From sequence record SRR2962707_1678: a stretch of 48,781 nt of DNA; one strand, 5' to 3'. Below the pieces are notes generated by a model, which had not been told where the DNA came from, did no database searches, and saw nothing but the letters and a program-made list of their open reading frames with translations. Shown here in pieces: positions 8,516 to 17,891 of this stretch (position 1 is the stretch's first letter; every line of letters begins with the position of its first letter). The translations under genes and the position numbers were made by a program.

Positions 8516-9667
8516 ATGAGGCTAAGAGAAATCAGTAACCCTAAGGAGCTAAGCAAGTTTGTAAAATTCCCGATGAAGCTTTATAAAGCGGCAGCTCATT
8601 ATGTGCCCCCTCTAATAAAGGATGAGATAAACACACTATCGGCACATTACGATGTAGGCTTTAAAGATGCCCGCGCTCGATTTTGGGTAGTGGAGAGCAA
8701 GGGTAGGATTATCGGCAGGATTGCTGGGATTATTAAACCATGCGATACAGATTCATCGCAAATGGAAGCACGCTTTGGATGGCTGGATTTTGTGGACAAC
8801 TTTAATGTGGTAAGCCTTTTACTTTCAGCGGTAGAGAGCTGGTGCTTGCAAGAAAACATCTATAGCCTAAAAGGCCCGCTTGGGTTTAATTCTTTTGATC
8901 GCTCGGGAATCCTGATAGAAGGATACAATGAAGGATCTACAATGTTTGGTAATTATAACTATCCTTATTATTCAAGGCTGCTGGAGGCAGTAGGGTACAA
9001 GTCGAAATTTCATTGGGTGGAATACCAGATACAGGTACCAAAGAAGATTCCTGAAAAGTTTGTAAAAGGTGCTCAAACAATTCGTAAACGGTATGGACTA
9101 AAGCAGGTGGCTATCAAAAATAAAAAAGCACTTCAAGGGTATTCGGAAGCCATACGCATATTAATTAATGAAGCCTACCACGGGATCAGTGGGTTTTCTA
9201 AAATATCACCGGAGCAATTTGCTCAATTGTATCAAAAATTTGTTCGACTTATTCCCAGTGATTATTTCTCCCTTATTGAGGATAGTAATGGTGAACTCGT
9301 TGGCTTTGGGTTGGTAATGCCAGATCTTTCGGAAGCACTTAAGAAAATGAAAGGACGGTTTTTTCCTTTTGGATATTGGAGGATTTACAAGGACATAAAA
9401 AAGTCTGATACCGTAGACCTATTGCTTATAGCAGTCAAGCCTTCCTTTCAACTCAAGGGTGTCCATGCACTAATTTTTGAACAGATCATACCAGCAGTAA
9501 TCCGGCGTGGGGTTCAGCTTGTGGAAAGCACAAAAGAGCTGGAATCCAACTTCGATGTAAGGAACTTATGGGGTGATTTTGACTACAGGCAACACAAAAG
9601 AAGTGCATGCTTTTACAAAGATCTTCGCTCAAGTGCATCTATAGAGAAATTACTTAGCAGCTTATGA
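8516..9667 (+). CDS. GNAT-superfamily (YghO-like) protein
   Basis: FVKFP..LY..YVPPL, GRIAG, RFGWLDF, GPLGF, YNYPYY, DLLLIAV..QLKG pattern. Confidence 0.7.
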   Translation: MRLREISNPKELSKFVKFPMKLYKAAAHYVPPLIKDEINTLSAHYDVGFKDARARFWVVESKGRIIGRIAGIIKPCDTDSSQMEARFGWLDFVDNFNVVSLLLSAVESWCLQENIYSLKGPLGFNSFDRSGILIEGYNEGSTMFGNYNYPYYSRLLEAVGYKSKFHWVEYQIQVPKKIPEKFVKGAQTIRKRYGLKQVAIKNKKALQGYSEAIRILINEAYHGISGFSKISPEQFAQLYQKFVRLIPSDYFSLIEDSNGELVGFGLVMPDLSEALKKMKGRFFPFGYWRIYKDIKKSDTVDLLLIAVKPSFQLKGVHALIFEQIIPAVIRRGVQLVESTKELESNFDVRNLWGDFDYRQHKRSACFYKDLRSSASIEKLLSSL

Positions 9668-9705
9668 CTTTTCCATTGAATTCGTTTTCTGGAGTGAATT
9701 GTAAA

Positions 9706-9719
9706 TTGATAAATGTCAT
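9706..9719. promoter_or_regulatory. FNR/Crp-like box upstream of porin gene
   Basis: TTGAT-AAAT-GTCAT, similar to TTGAT-N4-ATCAA. Confidence 0.5.
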
Positions 9720-9775
9720 TTCATTCTTTGCGATTTGTCAGAATTCGCTGAGTCTGTCATTTAGAGTTTTGAGAT

Positions 9776-11032
9776 ATGAGAAAACTTGGTGTCATTAGTC
9801 TGTTTTTGGGTTTGGTATTATCCGTACAGGCCCAGTTTAAACTTTCTGGAGAGATTCGCCCCAGATCCGAATACAGACACGGATTTCAGTCGCTTGTTAC
9901 ACCGGATCAGGATCCAGCATTTTTTACTGAGCAGCGTACTCGGCTAAATGCTGAATATTGGAAAGATCAATATTCCATGAAGATTGTACTTCAGGATATT
10001 CGGGTTTGGGGTAGTCAAAGCCAACTCGTGAATAATGGGGGAGCACTTACGGCGATACATGAAGCCTGGGCGAAGGTTCGTTTGAGTGATGTTACATCTT
10101 TGAAACTGGGCCGACAGGAAATTATTCTGGATGATTCCCGCATCTTTGGTAATGTTGACTGGGCGCAGCAGGCGAGGAGCCACGATGCAGCTCTGTATGA
10201 AATGAACAATGATGGCTTCATATTGAAAGTGGCTGCTGCCTATAATCAAGATGGTGTTCAGTCCACAACCAACTTCTACACCGTGCCTAGAAGCTATAAG
10301 ACACTACAGTTTCTGTGGGCCCAAAAGCAATTGGGACAGATCAAATCATCTTTCCTGTTTCTCAATAATGGATTACAGGGAGGTACAGCAACAGATGGAG
10401 ACACCTTTTTCAGTCAAACGTATGGACTGAGGTTGGTTATGGAAGCTGGAAAACTTCAGCCGAGTGGTGCCTTTTATTATCAAGCAGGCGAGGATGGTGC
10501 TGGTGTCAGCCTTTCAGCTTATGATTTACAACTTGATTTAAAATACAAGCTCAGCGATAAGACAAGCCTGACACTTGGATTTGAATCGTTATCGGGGAAT
10601 GATCAGGTCGATCCATCTTCAGACAATCACGCATTCAATCCATTTTACGGGACTAACCACAAGTTCAACGGACTCATGGACTATTTCTATGTGGGTAATC
10701 ACATTGGAAGTGTAGGTCTAAATGACATCTACCTGCAATTGAATGCTCCGATATCGACGTGGAGCTCAAGTCTTGCTGTACACTACTTTGCTTCGCAAGC
10801 AGATCAACTGGATCCTGCTACCAGTGAAGCGGCTGATAAATATCTCGGAACAGAAGTCGACCTTGTTTTGACCAAGAAAATCTCAGATGAGATCAAATTC
10901 AATTTAGGATACTCACAGATGTTTGGTTCTGATTCAATGGAGCTTCTAAAAGGGGGTGCCGGTGCGACCAATAATTGGGGGTGGATGATGTTAGCGATTA
11001 AACCTACCTTCTTCCAAATTGATGGAAAATAA
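9776..11032 (+). CDS. Alginate-export-family outer-membrane beta-barrel porin
   Basis: Signal peptide; RPRSEYR, QRTRL, KLGRQE..DDSRIFG..DW.Q.ARSHDA, FNPFYGTNHKFNGLMD, LGTEVD. Confidence 0.8.
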   Translation: MRKLGVISLFLGLVLSVQAQFKLSGEIRPRSEYRHGFQSLVTPDQDPAFFTEQRTRLNAEYWKDQYSMKIVLQDIRVWGSQSQLVNNGGALTAIHEAWAKVRLSDVTSLKLGRQEIILDDSRIFGNVDWAQQARSHDAALYEMNNDGFILKVAAAYNQDGVQSTTNFYTVPRSYKTLQFLWAQKQLGQIKSSFLFLNNGLQGGTATDGDTFFSQTYGLRLVMEAGKLQPSGAFYYQAGEDGAGVSLSAYDLQLDLKYKLSDKTSLTLGFESLSGNDQVDPSSDNHAFNPFYGTNHKFNGLMDYFYVGNHIGSVGLNDIYLQLNAPISTWSSSLAVHYFASQADQLDPATSEAADKYLGTEVDLVLTKKISDEIKFNLGYSQMFGSDSMELLKGGAGATNNWGWMMLAIKPTFFQIDGK

Positions 11033-11039
11033 TGTGGTT

Positions 11040-11053
11040 ATGATAAAAATCAT
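11040..11053. promoter_or_regulatory. FNR/Crp-like box upstream of nap operon
   Basis: Perfect palindrome ATGAT-AAAA-ATCAT 48 nt upstream of napD. Confidence 0.55.
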
Positions 11054-11101
11054 TTTTTAAATTTATAAGGATTGCCAACTTGAACAGCAAAACCTAACAC
11101 T

Positions 11102-11326
11102 ATGCCAGTCAAGAGCTACATCATCATACCTCAATCAGATCAAAAGCAGCGGTTGATTGACGAAATAGGTGACATGGATGGATGTGAGATTCATCCTGCA
11201 GAAAATCAAGAGGTATTGGTACTGGTCACTGATACCGAAAATGAGAGCGACGATAAAACGCTCTTTGCTCAGATAGAATCCAATCAAAACATTAAACACA
11301 TTTCACTTGTCTCCGGATATGAATGA
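11102..11326 (+). CDS. napD: NapD-like Tat signal chaperone
   Basis: 74 aa, MPVKSYII...GCEIH...LVLVTD pattern, overlaps napA start. Confidence 0.75.
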   Translation: MPVKSYIIIPQSDQKQRLIDEIGDMDGCEIHPAENQEVLVLVTDTENESDDKTLFAQIESNQNIKHISLVSGYE

Positions 11327-13661
11327 AACACTAGAAAATAAGGAAGTAAGCAGAAGGCAGTTTTTGAGAATGGCTGCTAGAGCTTCAGCCATAGCTGCTG
11401 CTGCTTCCATGTTCCCGGGAATTGTCTTTGCGGAAGAACAAAACCGAATGATTGAAAAGCTAGGTGCGCTGGATGTTTCATGGAAAAAAACTCCTTGTCG
11501 GTTCTGTGGAGTAGGGTGTGGTTTGAAAGTAGGTATTTCAGATGGCAAAGCGGTAGCCGTTAAGGGAGATCCCCAAAGCTCTGTAAACAAGGGGCTTTGT
11601 TGTGTAAAAGGCTACCACTCGATTCTGGCACTTTACGGAAAAGACAGATTGACTAAGCCATTGATCCGAAAAAATGGAAGGATGGTAGAGTCAACGATGG
11701 AAGAGGCACTTGATCTGGTAGCTTCCAAGCTAAAATCGACCATCGAAGAAACAGGGAAAGATTCTGTATCTATTTACGGGTCGGGACAATGGACCATTCC
11801 TGATGGTTATGTGGCCTCCAAGCTCTTCAAAGGTGCCATAGGTACCAACAATGTGGAAGCCAATGCAAGGTTGTGTATGGCCAGTGCTGTGACAGGATTC
11901 CTGACCTCATTTGGTTTGGATGAGCCAATGGGTTGCTATGAAGATATTGATCATGCAGATGTGTTTGTACTGTGGGGTAACAATATGGCAGAAATGCACC
12001 CCGTGTTGTTTTCCAGAATATTGGATAATCGATTGAAGCGCCCCGTTAAAGTTATTGATCTTGCTACACGAACTACACGGACTTCTAATGCGGCTGATAA
12101 GTCGATTCTATTTAATCCGCAGACCGATCTGGCAGTCGCCAATGCGATCTGTTATGAGATCATCAAAAACAGATGGGTAAACACTGGTTTCGTTGAGAAG
12201 CACTGTACGTTTAAAGAAGGGAAGACCAATATTGGCTATGGACTGGAAGAGAATTTTCAGTTCAAAGATGAAGCCAAAAGCATCGACTTTGAGGCTTACG
12301 AAAAATTCCTCGAGGATTATGCTCCGGTAAAAGTGGCTGAGTATAGCGGTGTTTCAGTAAAGGACATTAAGTACCTCGCTTCTCTTTATGGCAATCCAAA
12401 CAATAAAGTGATGTCCTTGTGGTGCATGGGACCCAACCAGCACACCCGCGGCACCTGGATCAACAACTTGATTTACAACATTCACTTACTTACTGGTAAG
12501 ATTTCAACTCCGGGAAATAGTCCGTTTTCACTTACTGGGCAACCGAGTGCGTGCGGCACGGTTCGGGAGGTGGGTACATTGACCCATAAGCTTCCACATG
12601 GGGTGGTGATGAATGAAGAAGACCGCAAGATGGCGGCTGAGATCTGGAAGGTTCCGGTTGAGAACATTCAGCCTAAGCCTTCCCATCACACCGTTTCCAT
12701 GTTTAGAGCCTTAGATCGTGGAGACATTCGTTTCATGTGGATTCAGGTGACCAACCCGATGGTGACCATGCCGCACTTGAACAGGTATCGAAATGGTGCC
12801 AAAAAAGACGATCGATTCATTGTCGTTTCGGACGTATATCCAACTCCAACAACTGATATTGCGGATGTGGTACTTCCTTCAGCAATGTGGATTGAAAGGG
12901 AAGGAATGTACGGTAATTCGGAACGACGAACGCAGCATTTCAATCAGTTGCTCCAACCTCCGGGTGAAGCAATGAGTGATACCTGGCAGTTGATAGAGGT
13001 GGCCAGGAGACTGGGTTTTGAGGAGCAGTTTCCATGGGATAAATCCAATCACATTGAAGAAATCTGGAAAGAATACAGCCGATTCCATGCAGGGAAAAAG
13101 CATGCGATGGTGCCTTACGAAGTGTTAAAATCTCAGCCAGGAGCGCAATGGCCTTATGTGGATGGAAAAGAAACAAAATGGAGGTACCATGGAAAATACG
13201 ATCCGGCATGTAAAGGTGATACCTTCGATTTTTACGGAAAACCGGATGGAAAAGCATGGATCTGGGCTCGTCCTTACGAGCCGGCACCTGAAGAGCCGGA
13301 CGCTGATTATCCGTACTGGCTATGCACCGGGCGTGTGCTGGAGCATTGGCACACAGGGTCAATGACCCGTAGGGTGCCTATTCTCCATCAGGCCGTTCCG
13401 CAGAGCTATGTTGAAGTGAACCCCGAAGATGCAAAAAGGATGGGTATTCGAAATGGGGATAAAGTGAAGCTTATCTCTCGTAGGGGGGAGATAGTTATGG
13501 ATGCTTCCGTAAATGAGCGAGGCAAGCCGGTTTCTGGTCATGTGTTTGTTCCATTTTTTGATGAGTCATATTTGATTAACAACCTGACTCTGGATGCCTA
13601 TTGTCCAATTTCCAAACAGCCGGACTACAAGAAGTGCGCGGTTAGAATTGAGAAGGTATGA
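11319..13661 (+). CDS. napA: Periplasmic nitrate reductase catalytic subunit (Mo-bisPGD, 4Fe-4S)
   Basis: Tat motif SRRQFL; CRFCGVGC..C cluster; GSGQW; NARLCMASA; NMAEMHP; SLTGQPSACGT; TGRVLEHWHTGSMT; CPISKQPDYKKCAV. Confidence 0.95.
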   Translation: MNETLENKEVSRRQFLRMAARASAIAAAASMFPGIVFAEEQNRMIEKLGALDVSWKKTPCRFCGVGCGLKVGISDGKAVAVKGDPQSSVNKGLCCVKGYHSILALYGKDRLTKPLIRKNGRMVESTMEEALDLVASKLKSTIEETGKDSVSIYGSGQWTIPDGYVASKLFKGAIGTNNVEANARLCMASAVTGFLTSFGLDEPMGCYEDIDHADVFVLWGNNMAEMHPVLFSRILDNRLKRPVKVIDLATRTTRTSNAADKSILFNPQTDLAVANAICYEIIKNRWVNTGFVEKHCTFKEGKTNIGYGLEENFQFKDEAKSIDFEAYEKFLEDYAPVKVAEYSGVSVKDIKYLASLYGNPNNKVMSLWCMGPNQHTRGTWINNLIYNIHLLTGKISTPGNSPFSLTGQPSACGTVREVGTLTHKLPHGVVMNEEDRKMAAEIWKVPVENIQPKPSHHTVSMFRALDRGDIRFMWIQVTNPMVTMPHLNRYRNGAKKDDRFIVVSDVYPTPTTDIADVVLPSAMWIEREGMYGNSERRTQHFNQLLQPPGEAMSDTWQLIEVARRLGFEEQFPWDKSNHIEEIWKEYSRFHAGKKHAMVPYEVLKSQPGAQWPYVDGKETKWRYHGKYDPACKGDTFDFYGKPDGKAWIWARPYEPAPEEPDADYPYWLCTGRVLEHWHTGSMTRRVPILHQAVPQSYVEVNPEDAKRMGIRNGDKVKLISRRGEIVMDASVNERGKPVSGHVFVPFFDESYLINNLTLDAYCPISKQPDYKKCAVRIEKV

Positions 13662-14350
13662 GGAATAAGTCAATCATTTTCTTCATTGTACTTCTGATGA
13701 TCGCGGCAATCATTGTTTTTGATCTGAGCATCAGTCAGTCTAAGACGGAAGCGGAAATAACTGATGATCCGACTGAAATGGTCGTTCGCGGTGAAATGAA
13801 GGAAGAGGATGTCTTTGATCTTCAGGATTTAGCACTGGAATTCAAAGCCTTACAATCCGTAGAAAGCCAGAAGACACTTGCGGAATACTATGAAAACCGA
13901 GCCTATGATGGAGCACCTCCGGTGATTCCTCACCCGTTGGTAAGTGAAAAAGGGATAGGAGGTAAGATGTGTCTACAGTGCCATTCTACGGGAGGTTATG
14001 TAGATCAGTTTAAGGCGTTTGCACCCATCACGCCACACCCTGATCTTTTAAGCTGCAAGCAGTGTCATGTCCCGGTTAAAACGGATAAGTTGTTTATGGC
14101 TAGCCAGTTTGAGCGCTCCAAACCTAAAAAAGTTGGCGGTGGTGTACTAGACGGTAGCCCGCCACCTATACCTCACGATTTTCAAGTCAGAGGTAGCTGT
14201 CTTTCCTGCCACGGAGCACCATCTGCGCCTAAGGAGATTAGAGTGACGCATCCGGAGCGGGTGAATTGTCTTCAGTGTCATGCGCCAACAAAAGGACGCC
14301 AAATTACATGGGAACGAAAGTCAACAGAAGAGGAAGGAGGAACAGAATGA
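13658..14350 (+). CDS. Membrane-anchored NapB-like c-type cytochrome with four hemes
   Basis: RAYDGAPPVIPH and SPPPIPH (NapB-type PPxIPH, twice); CLQCH, CKQCH, CLSCH, CLQCH; ATGA overlap with napA. Confidence 0.85.
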   Translation: MRNKSIIFFIVLLMIAAIIVFDLSISQSKTEAEITDDPTEMVVRGEMKEEDVFDLQDLALEFKALQSVESQKTLAEYYENRAYDGAPPVIPHPLVSEKGIGGKMCLQCHSTGGYVDQFKAFAPITPHPDLLSCKQCHVPVKTDKLFMASQFERSKPKKVGGGVLDGSPPPIPHDFQVRGSCLSCHGAPSAPKEIRVTHPERVNCLQCHAPTKGRQITWERKSTEEEGGTE

Positions 14351-14973
14351 AAAATAGATTAACAACTGTTGTTCTTGCTGTATTGGGCTTCTGCATCATT
14401 AGCTGCTCCGGAGGTCATAAAGAAACCAACCTGGATTTAATTGCCAAGCATACCGATACGGTGACGTATGATTTTGACAGCTTTGAGCGTCTTGAAGATT
14501 TGGAGGTAGCAACAGTCTTGACTAAAATCCAGGAAAGGGATTCGCAGTTTTTGATACCTTCCAGGGTTCAGCAGATGACAAAATTTCCGTGCTCAAACTG
14601 TCATACCAAGCCAGTGGAGCAGCTTAAGCAATTGAATGAAGGAACCAGTGCTCACTGGGACATAGAGTTGAAGCATGCCAACCCGGTCTCTATGAACTGC
14701 ATGACATGCCACAACATGGATAAGCCGGATGAGCTGACGTCACTCACAAAGACCAGCGTCAGCTTCGATCATTCGTATCAGCAGTGTGCGCAGTGTCATT
14801 CTTCGCAATTCAAAGACTGGGAGGGAGGCGCTCACGGAAAACGATTAAGAGGATGGCTTCCACCAAGGATATCACAAACCTGTGTCGGTTGCCACAACCC
14901 GCATAAACCCGCCTTTGAAAAAAGGTGGCCATCTCGCCTGAATACAGAGAAAATTAAAGCACAAAATCACTAA
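14347..14973 (+). CDS. Tetraheme cytochrome c lipoprotein
   Basis: Lipobox-like IISC; CSNCH, CMTCH, CAQCH, CVGCH; ATGA overlap with upstream gene. Confidence 0.85.
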   Translation: MKNRLTTVVLAVLGFCIISCSGGHKETNLDLIAKHTDTVTYDFDSFERLEDLEVATVLTKIQERDSQFLIPSRVQQMTKFPCSNCHTKPVEQLKQLNEGTSAHWDIELKHANPVSMNCMTCHNMDKPDELTSLTKTSVSFDHSYQQCAQCHSSQFKDWEGGAHGKRLRGWLPPRISQTCVGCHNPHKPAFEKRWPSRLNTEKIKAQNH

Positions 14974-14976
14974 GTC

Positions 14977-15987
14977 ATGGAAGAAAATCAATCATGTGGA
15001 CATAATTGTAGCTGCGGTAGTAAACAGGAATCTGCTCCAACTCCCGATACAGGGTTTGGTCAGATGGGAGATGCCAAAACCAGCAGGAGGGGTGCCTTAA
15101 AGAAATTGACACTTGGGCTATTGACCGGAGCTGGGATGGCTTCCACTTCATGCAGTGTGGTGGGCGATGATGATGCAAAAGAAAAAAACAGTCTGAAGTG
15201 GGATGAATTCTTTAAGAAGAATTACCGGGTGATGACGGAAAAGGAGCAAAAAGAAACGGTAAAGCGCCTGGAGCGACTATACGAGATGAATACGGGCAAG
15301 AAAATCAGCGTTTCATCAAAAGGAGCTACTGAAGATGTGCTGTATGGGTATGCATTCAATATCTCCAAGTGCCAGGGATACATGGACTGTGTAAATGCCT
15401 GTGTGGAAGAGAATAATCAAGATCGCTCTTCTGAGATGCAATACATCCGCATTCATGAGCATAAGAATGGCCAAATCAATTTTGAGTTAGCTGAGGATGA
15501 TTTCTTCCATGAAGTTCCGGCTGAAGGTCATTTCTACATGGGCACCCAGTGTTTCCATTGTGAAAATCCTCCATGCGTGGATGTATGTCCGGTGGAAGCA
15601 ACCTGGAAAGAGAAAGATGGGATAGTGGTGATTGATTATGACTGGTGTATAGGCTGTAGGTATTGCATGGCCGCTTGTCCGTATGATGGACGAAGATTTA
15701 ATTGGAAACAACCGGAAGTGCCGGAGAATGAAGTCAACAAGGATCAGCATTACCTGGGCAATCGATTAAGGAAGAACGGGGTGATGGAAAAGTGTACCTT
15801 CTGCATTCAGCGGTCACGCAATGGAAAGAATCCGGCCTGTGTAGAGGCCTGTCCAACCGGAGCAAGAATCTTCGGAAATATCCTGGACCCGAACAGTGAA
15901 ATACGATGGGTGCTAGAAAATAAAAAGGTATTCAGGCTCAAAGAAGATCTGGGCACAGAACCAAAGTTTTGGTATTTCATGGATTAA
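14977..15987 (+). CDS. NrfC/DmsB-like multi-Fe-S electron transfer subunit, Tat-exported
   Basis: SRRGALK Tat motif then STSC; CQGYMDCVNAC, CFHCENPPCVDVCP, CIGCRYCMAACP, KCTFC...PACVEACP. Confidence 0.9.
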   Translation: MEENQSCGHNCSCGSKQESAPTPDTGFGQMGDAKTSRRGALKKLTLGLLTGAGMASTSCSVVGDDDAKEKNSLKWDEFFKKNYRVMTEKEQKETVKRLERLYEMNTGKKISVSSKGATEDVLYGYAFNISKCQGYMDCVNACVEENNQDRSSEMQYIRIHEHKNGQINFELAEDDFFHEVPAEGHFYMGTQCFHCENPPCVDVCPVEATWKEKDGIVVIDYDWCIGCRYCMAACPYDGRRFNWKQPEVPENEVNKDQHYLGNRLRKNGVMEKCTFCIQRSRNGKNPACVEACPTGARIFGNILDPNSEIRWVLENKKVFRLKEDLGTEPKFWYFMD

Positions 15988-15990
15988 GCA

Positions 15991-17241
15991 ATGATGAATC
16001 AACTAAGAATATTCGGCTCACTGGTTAAGGACAGCATATCAAATGCTATGCAGGGTTCCAGATCCTATCATATTTGGATGGGTGTCCTTACGTTCTTCAT
16101 GCTTATGGGCGCCTATTGCTATTACCAGCAGCTAAGTAAGGGACTTATCGTCACTGGTATGCACGATAATGTGAGCTGGGGTCTATACATTTCCAATTTT
16201 ACGTTTTTGGTTGGAGTAGCTGCAGCTGCTGTGATGCTGGTGATGCCCACCTATGTGTTGAAGGATGTGGATTTCTCAAAGGCCGTGTTGATAGGGGAAG
16301 GTCTGGCCGTAGCGGCATTGATTATGTGCCTTGCATTTGTGACTGTAGATTTAGGCGGTCCGGGAAGAGCCTGGCACCTGATACCAGGCATTGGGTTATT
16401 CAATTTCCCTCAGTCCATGTTGGCGTGGGATGTGATTGTATTGAATGGCTACCTGTTCATCAATATTACGATACCTCTTTACATCCTAATGTCCAGGTAT
16501 CAGAATAAAGAGCCTAATAAAAGCTTTTACCTGCCCGGGGCAATGATCTCTGTCTTCTGGGCCGTGGGTATTCACATGGTGACTGCCTTTTTATATGCTG
16601 GCTTGCCAGCCAGACCATTTTGGAATACCTCTTTGCTCGGTCCAAGGTTTTTAGCCTCCGCTTTTGCAGCTGGTCCCGCTCTGATCATCATCATCTTAGA
16701 AATTATTTCCAAGTATACCGATTACAAAATCGCGGAGAAGTCGTTTGCCAAGCTGGCGATGGTTGTCACCGTAGCAGCTCAGGTCAATCTCATCATGCTC
16801 ATTTCTGAGTTATTCAAGGAGTTTTATGCCCAGACCCACCATAGTTTGAGTGCGGTTTACTTATTCTTTGGACTCCATGGAAAAACAGGACTGGTGCCGT
16901 GGACCTATGCCTCATTGATATTGAATGTGGTGGCTACCGGAATACTGACTATGCACCTGATCCTAAAAAGCTATCGCTGGCTGACTGTGGCATGTATTTG
17001 CCTGTTCGTCGGGATATGGATTGAGAAAGGTATGGGACTGATCATTCCTGGATTTATACCCGGAGCGTGGGGAGATATTGTAGAATATGTACCCACCTGG
17101 ATTGAAATAGGAGTCACGATTGGAATCTGGGCCATGGGAGCGTTTATCTTCACGATCCTGGCCAAGTCAGCCATCTCCATAGAATTGGGACGGATGAGGT
17201 ATAAAGAAAAGAAACCTTCAGTTTCCACCACTCCCTCATGA
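15991..17241 (+). CDS. NrfD/PsrC-family membrane quinol-interacting subunit
   Basis: Polytopic; TGM.D.VSWGLYISNFTFLVGVAA, DLG.P.R, HMVTAFLY, RPFWN, PRFLASAF. Confidence 0.9.
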   Translation: MMNQLRIFGSLVKDSISNAMQGSRSYHIWMGVLTFFMLMGAYCYYQQLSKGLIVTGMHDNVSWGLYISNFTFLVGVAAAAVMLVMPTYVLKDVDFSKAVLIGEGLAVAALIMCLAFVTVDLGGPGRAWHLIPGIGLFNFPQSMLAWDVIVLNGYLFINITIPLYILMSRYQNKEPNKSFYLPGAMISVFWAVGIHMVTAFLYAGLPARPFWNTSLLGPRFLASAFAAGPALIIIILEIISKYTDYKIAEKSFAKLAMVVTVAAQVNLIMLISELFKEFYAQTHHSLSAVYLFFGLHGKTGLVPWTYASLILNVVATGILTMHLILKSYRWLTVACICLFVGIWIEKGMGLIIPGFIPGAWGDIVEYVPTWIEIGVTIGIWAMGAFIFTILAKSAISIELGRMRYKEKKPSVSTTPS

Positions 17242-17519
17242 AGTGGCGCATAAATCAAAATATGGTTCGAGTTCGCCTTTCAGGTGAGGATACCCAAAAA
17301 CTAAAGGAAGGTGCTGAATTAGTTGAGTCTCTGCCTTTTACTGGCAAAGCATACAGGTATCGCCTGATGCTTGCTGAGGAAAACCAAGCAGCGCTAGATT
17401 CTGATTCAATAACGATTACAATCAATAGTAAAGCGATTTTAAAGGAGGATGACATCAGTGTAGAGTGGGAGTCCGCTGAGGGACTCAAGGTGCTGGTCGA
17501 AAGCGATTTATACGGATAA
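17238..17519 (+). CDS. Small hypothetical protein
   Basis: 93-aa ORF, ATGA-coupled to the NrfD-like gene. Confidence 0.7.
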   Translation: MKWRINQNMVRVRLSGEDTQKLKEGAELVESLPFTGKAYRYRLMLAEENQAALDSDSITITINSKAILKEDDISVEWESAEGLKVLVESDLYG

Positions 17520-17545
17520 TGTGCAATTACAAATGCTTCAAGTAA

Positions 17546-17878
17546 ATGAATGATTCAATCAAACCCTCAACTGTTATCACTTTAAAAGATTCGATCCAAT
17601 ATGCCGAAGGGGCTGTTGTGAGCAAAACGCTGACAAAAAACAAGAGTGGTAATACGACGCTTTTTGCATTTGATAAAGGTCAGGGACTAAGCGAACATAC
17701 GGCTCCCTTTGATGCCATGGCGGTTATTGTGGAGGGTCAATCTGAAATCACCATAGATGGTGAAGTTTTTGAGTTAAAGGAAGGTCAGATGATTGTCATG
17801 TCGGCCAATGTTCCTCATGCATTGGAGGCTGTCGAGCCTTTCAAAATGATGTTGATCATGATCAAAGAAGCTAAGTAA
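17546..17878 (+). CDS. Cupin domain protein
   Basis: FAFDKGQGLSEHTAPFDA...G..I.M.ANVPHAL.A. Confidence 0.9.
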   Translation: MNDSIKPSTVITLKDSIQYAEGAVVSKTLTKNKSGNTTLFAFDKGQGLSEHTAPFDAMAVIVEGQSEITIDGEVFELKEGQMIVMSANVPHALEAVEPFKMMLIMIKEAK

Positions 17879-17891
17879 CTGTCTTCGGCTA

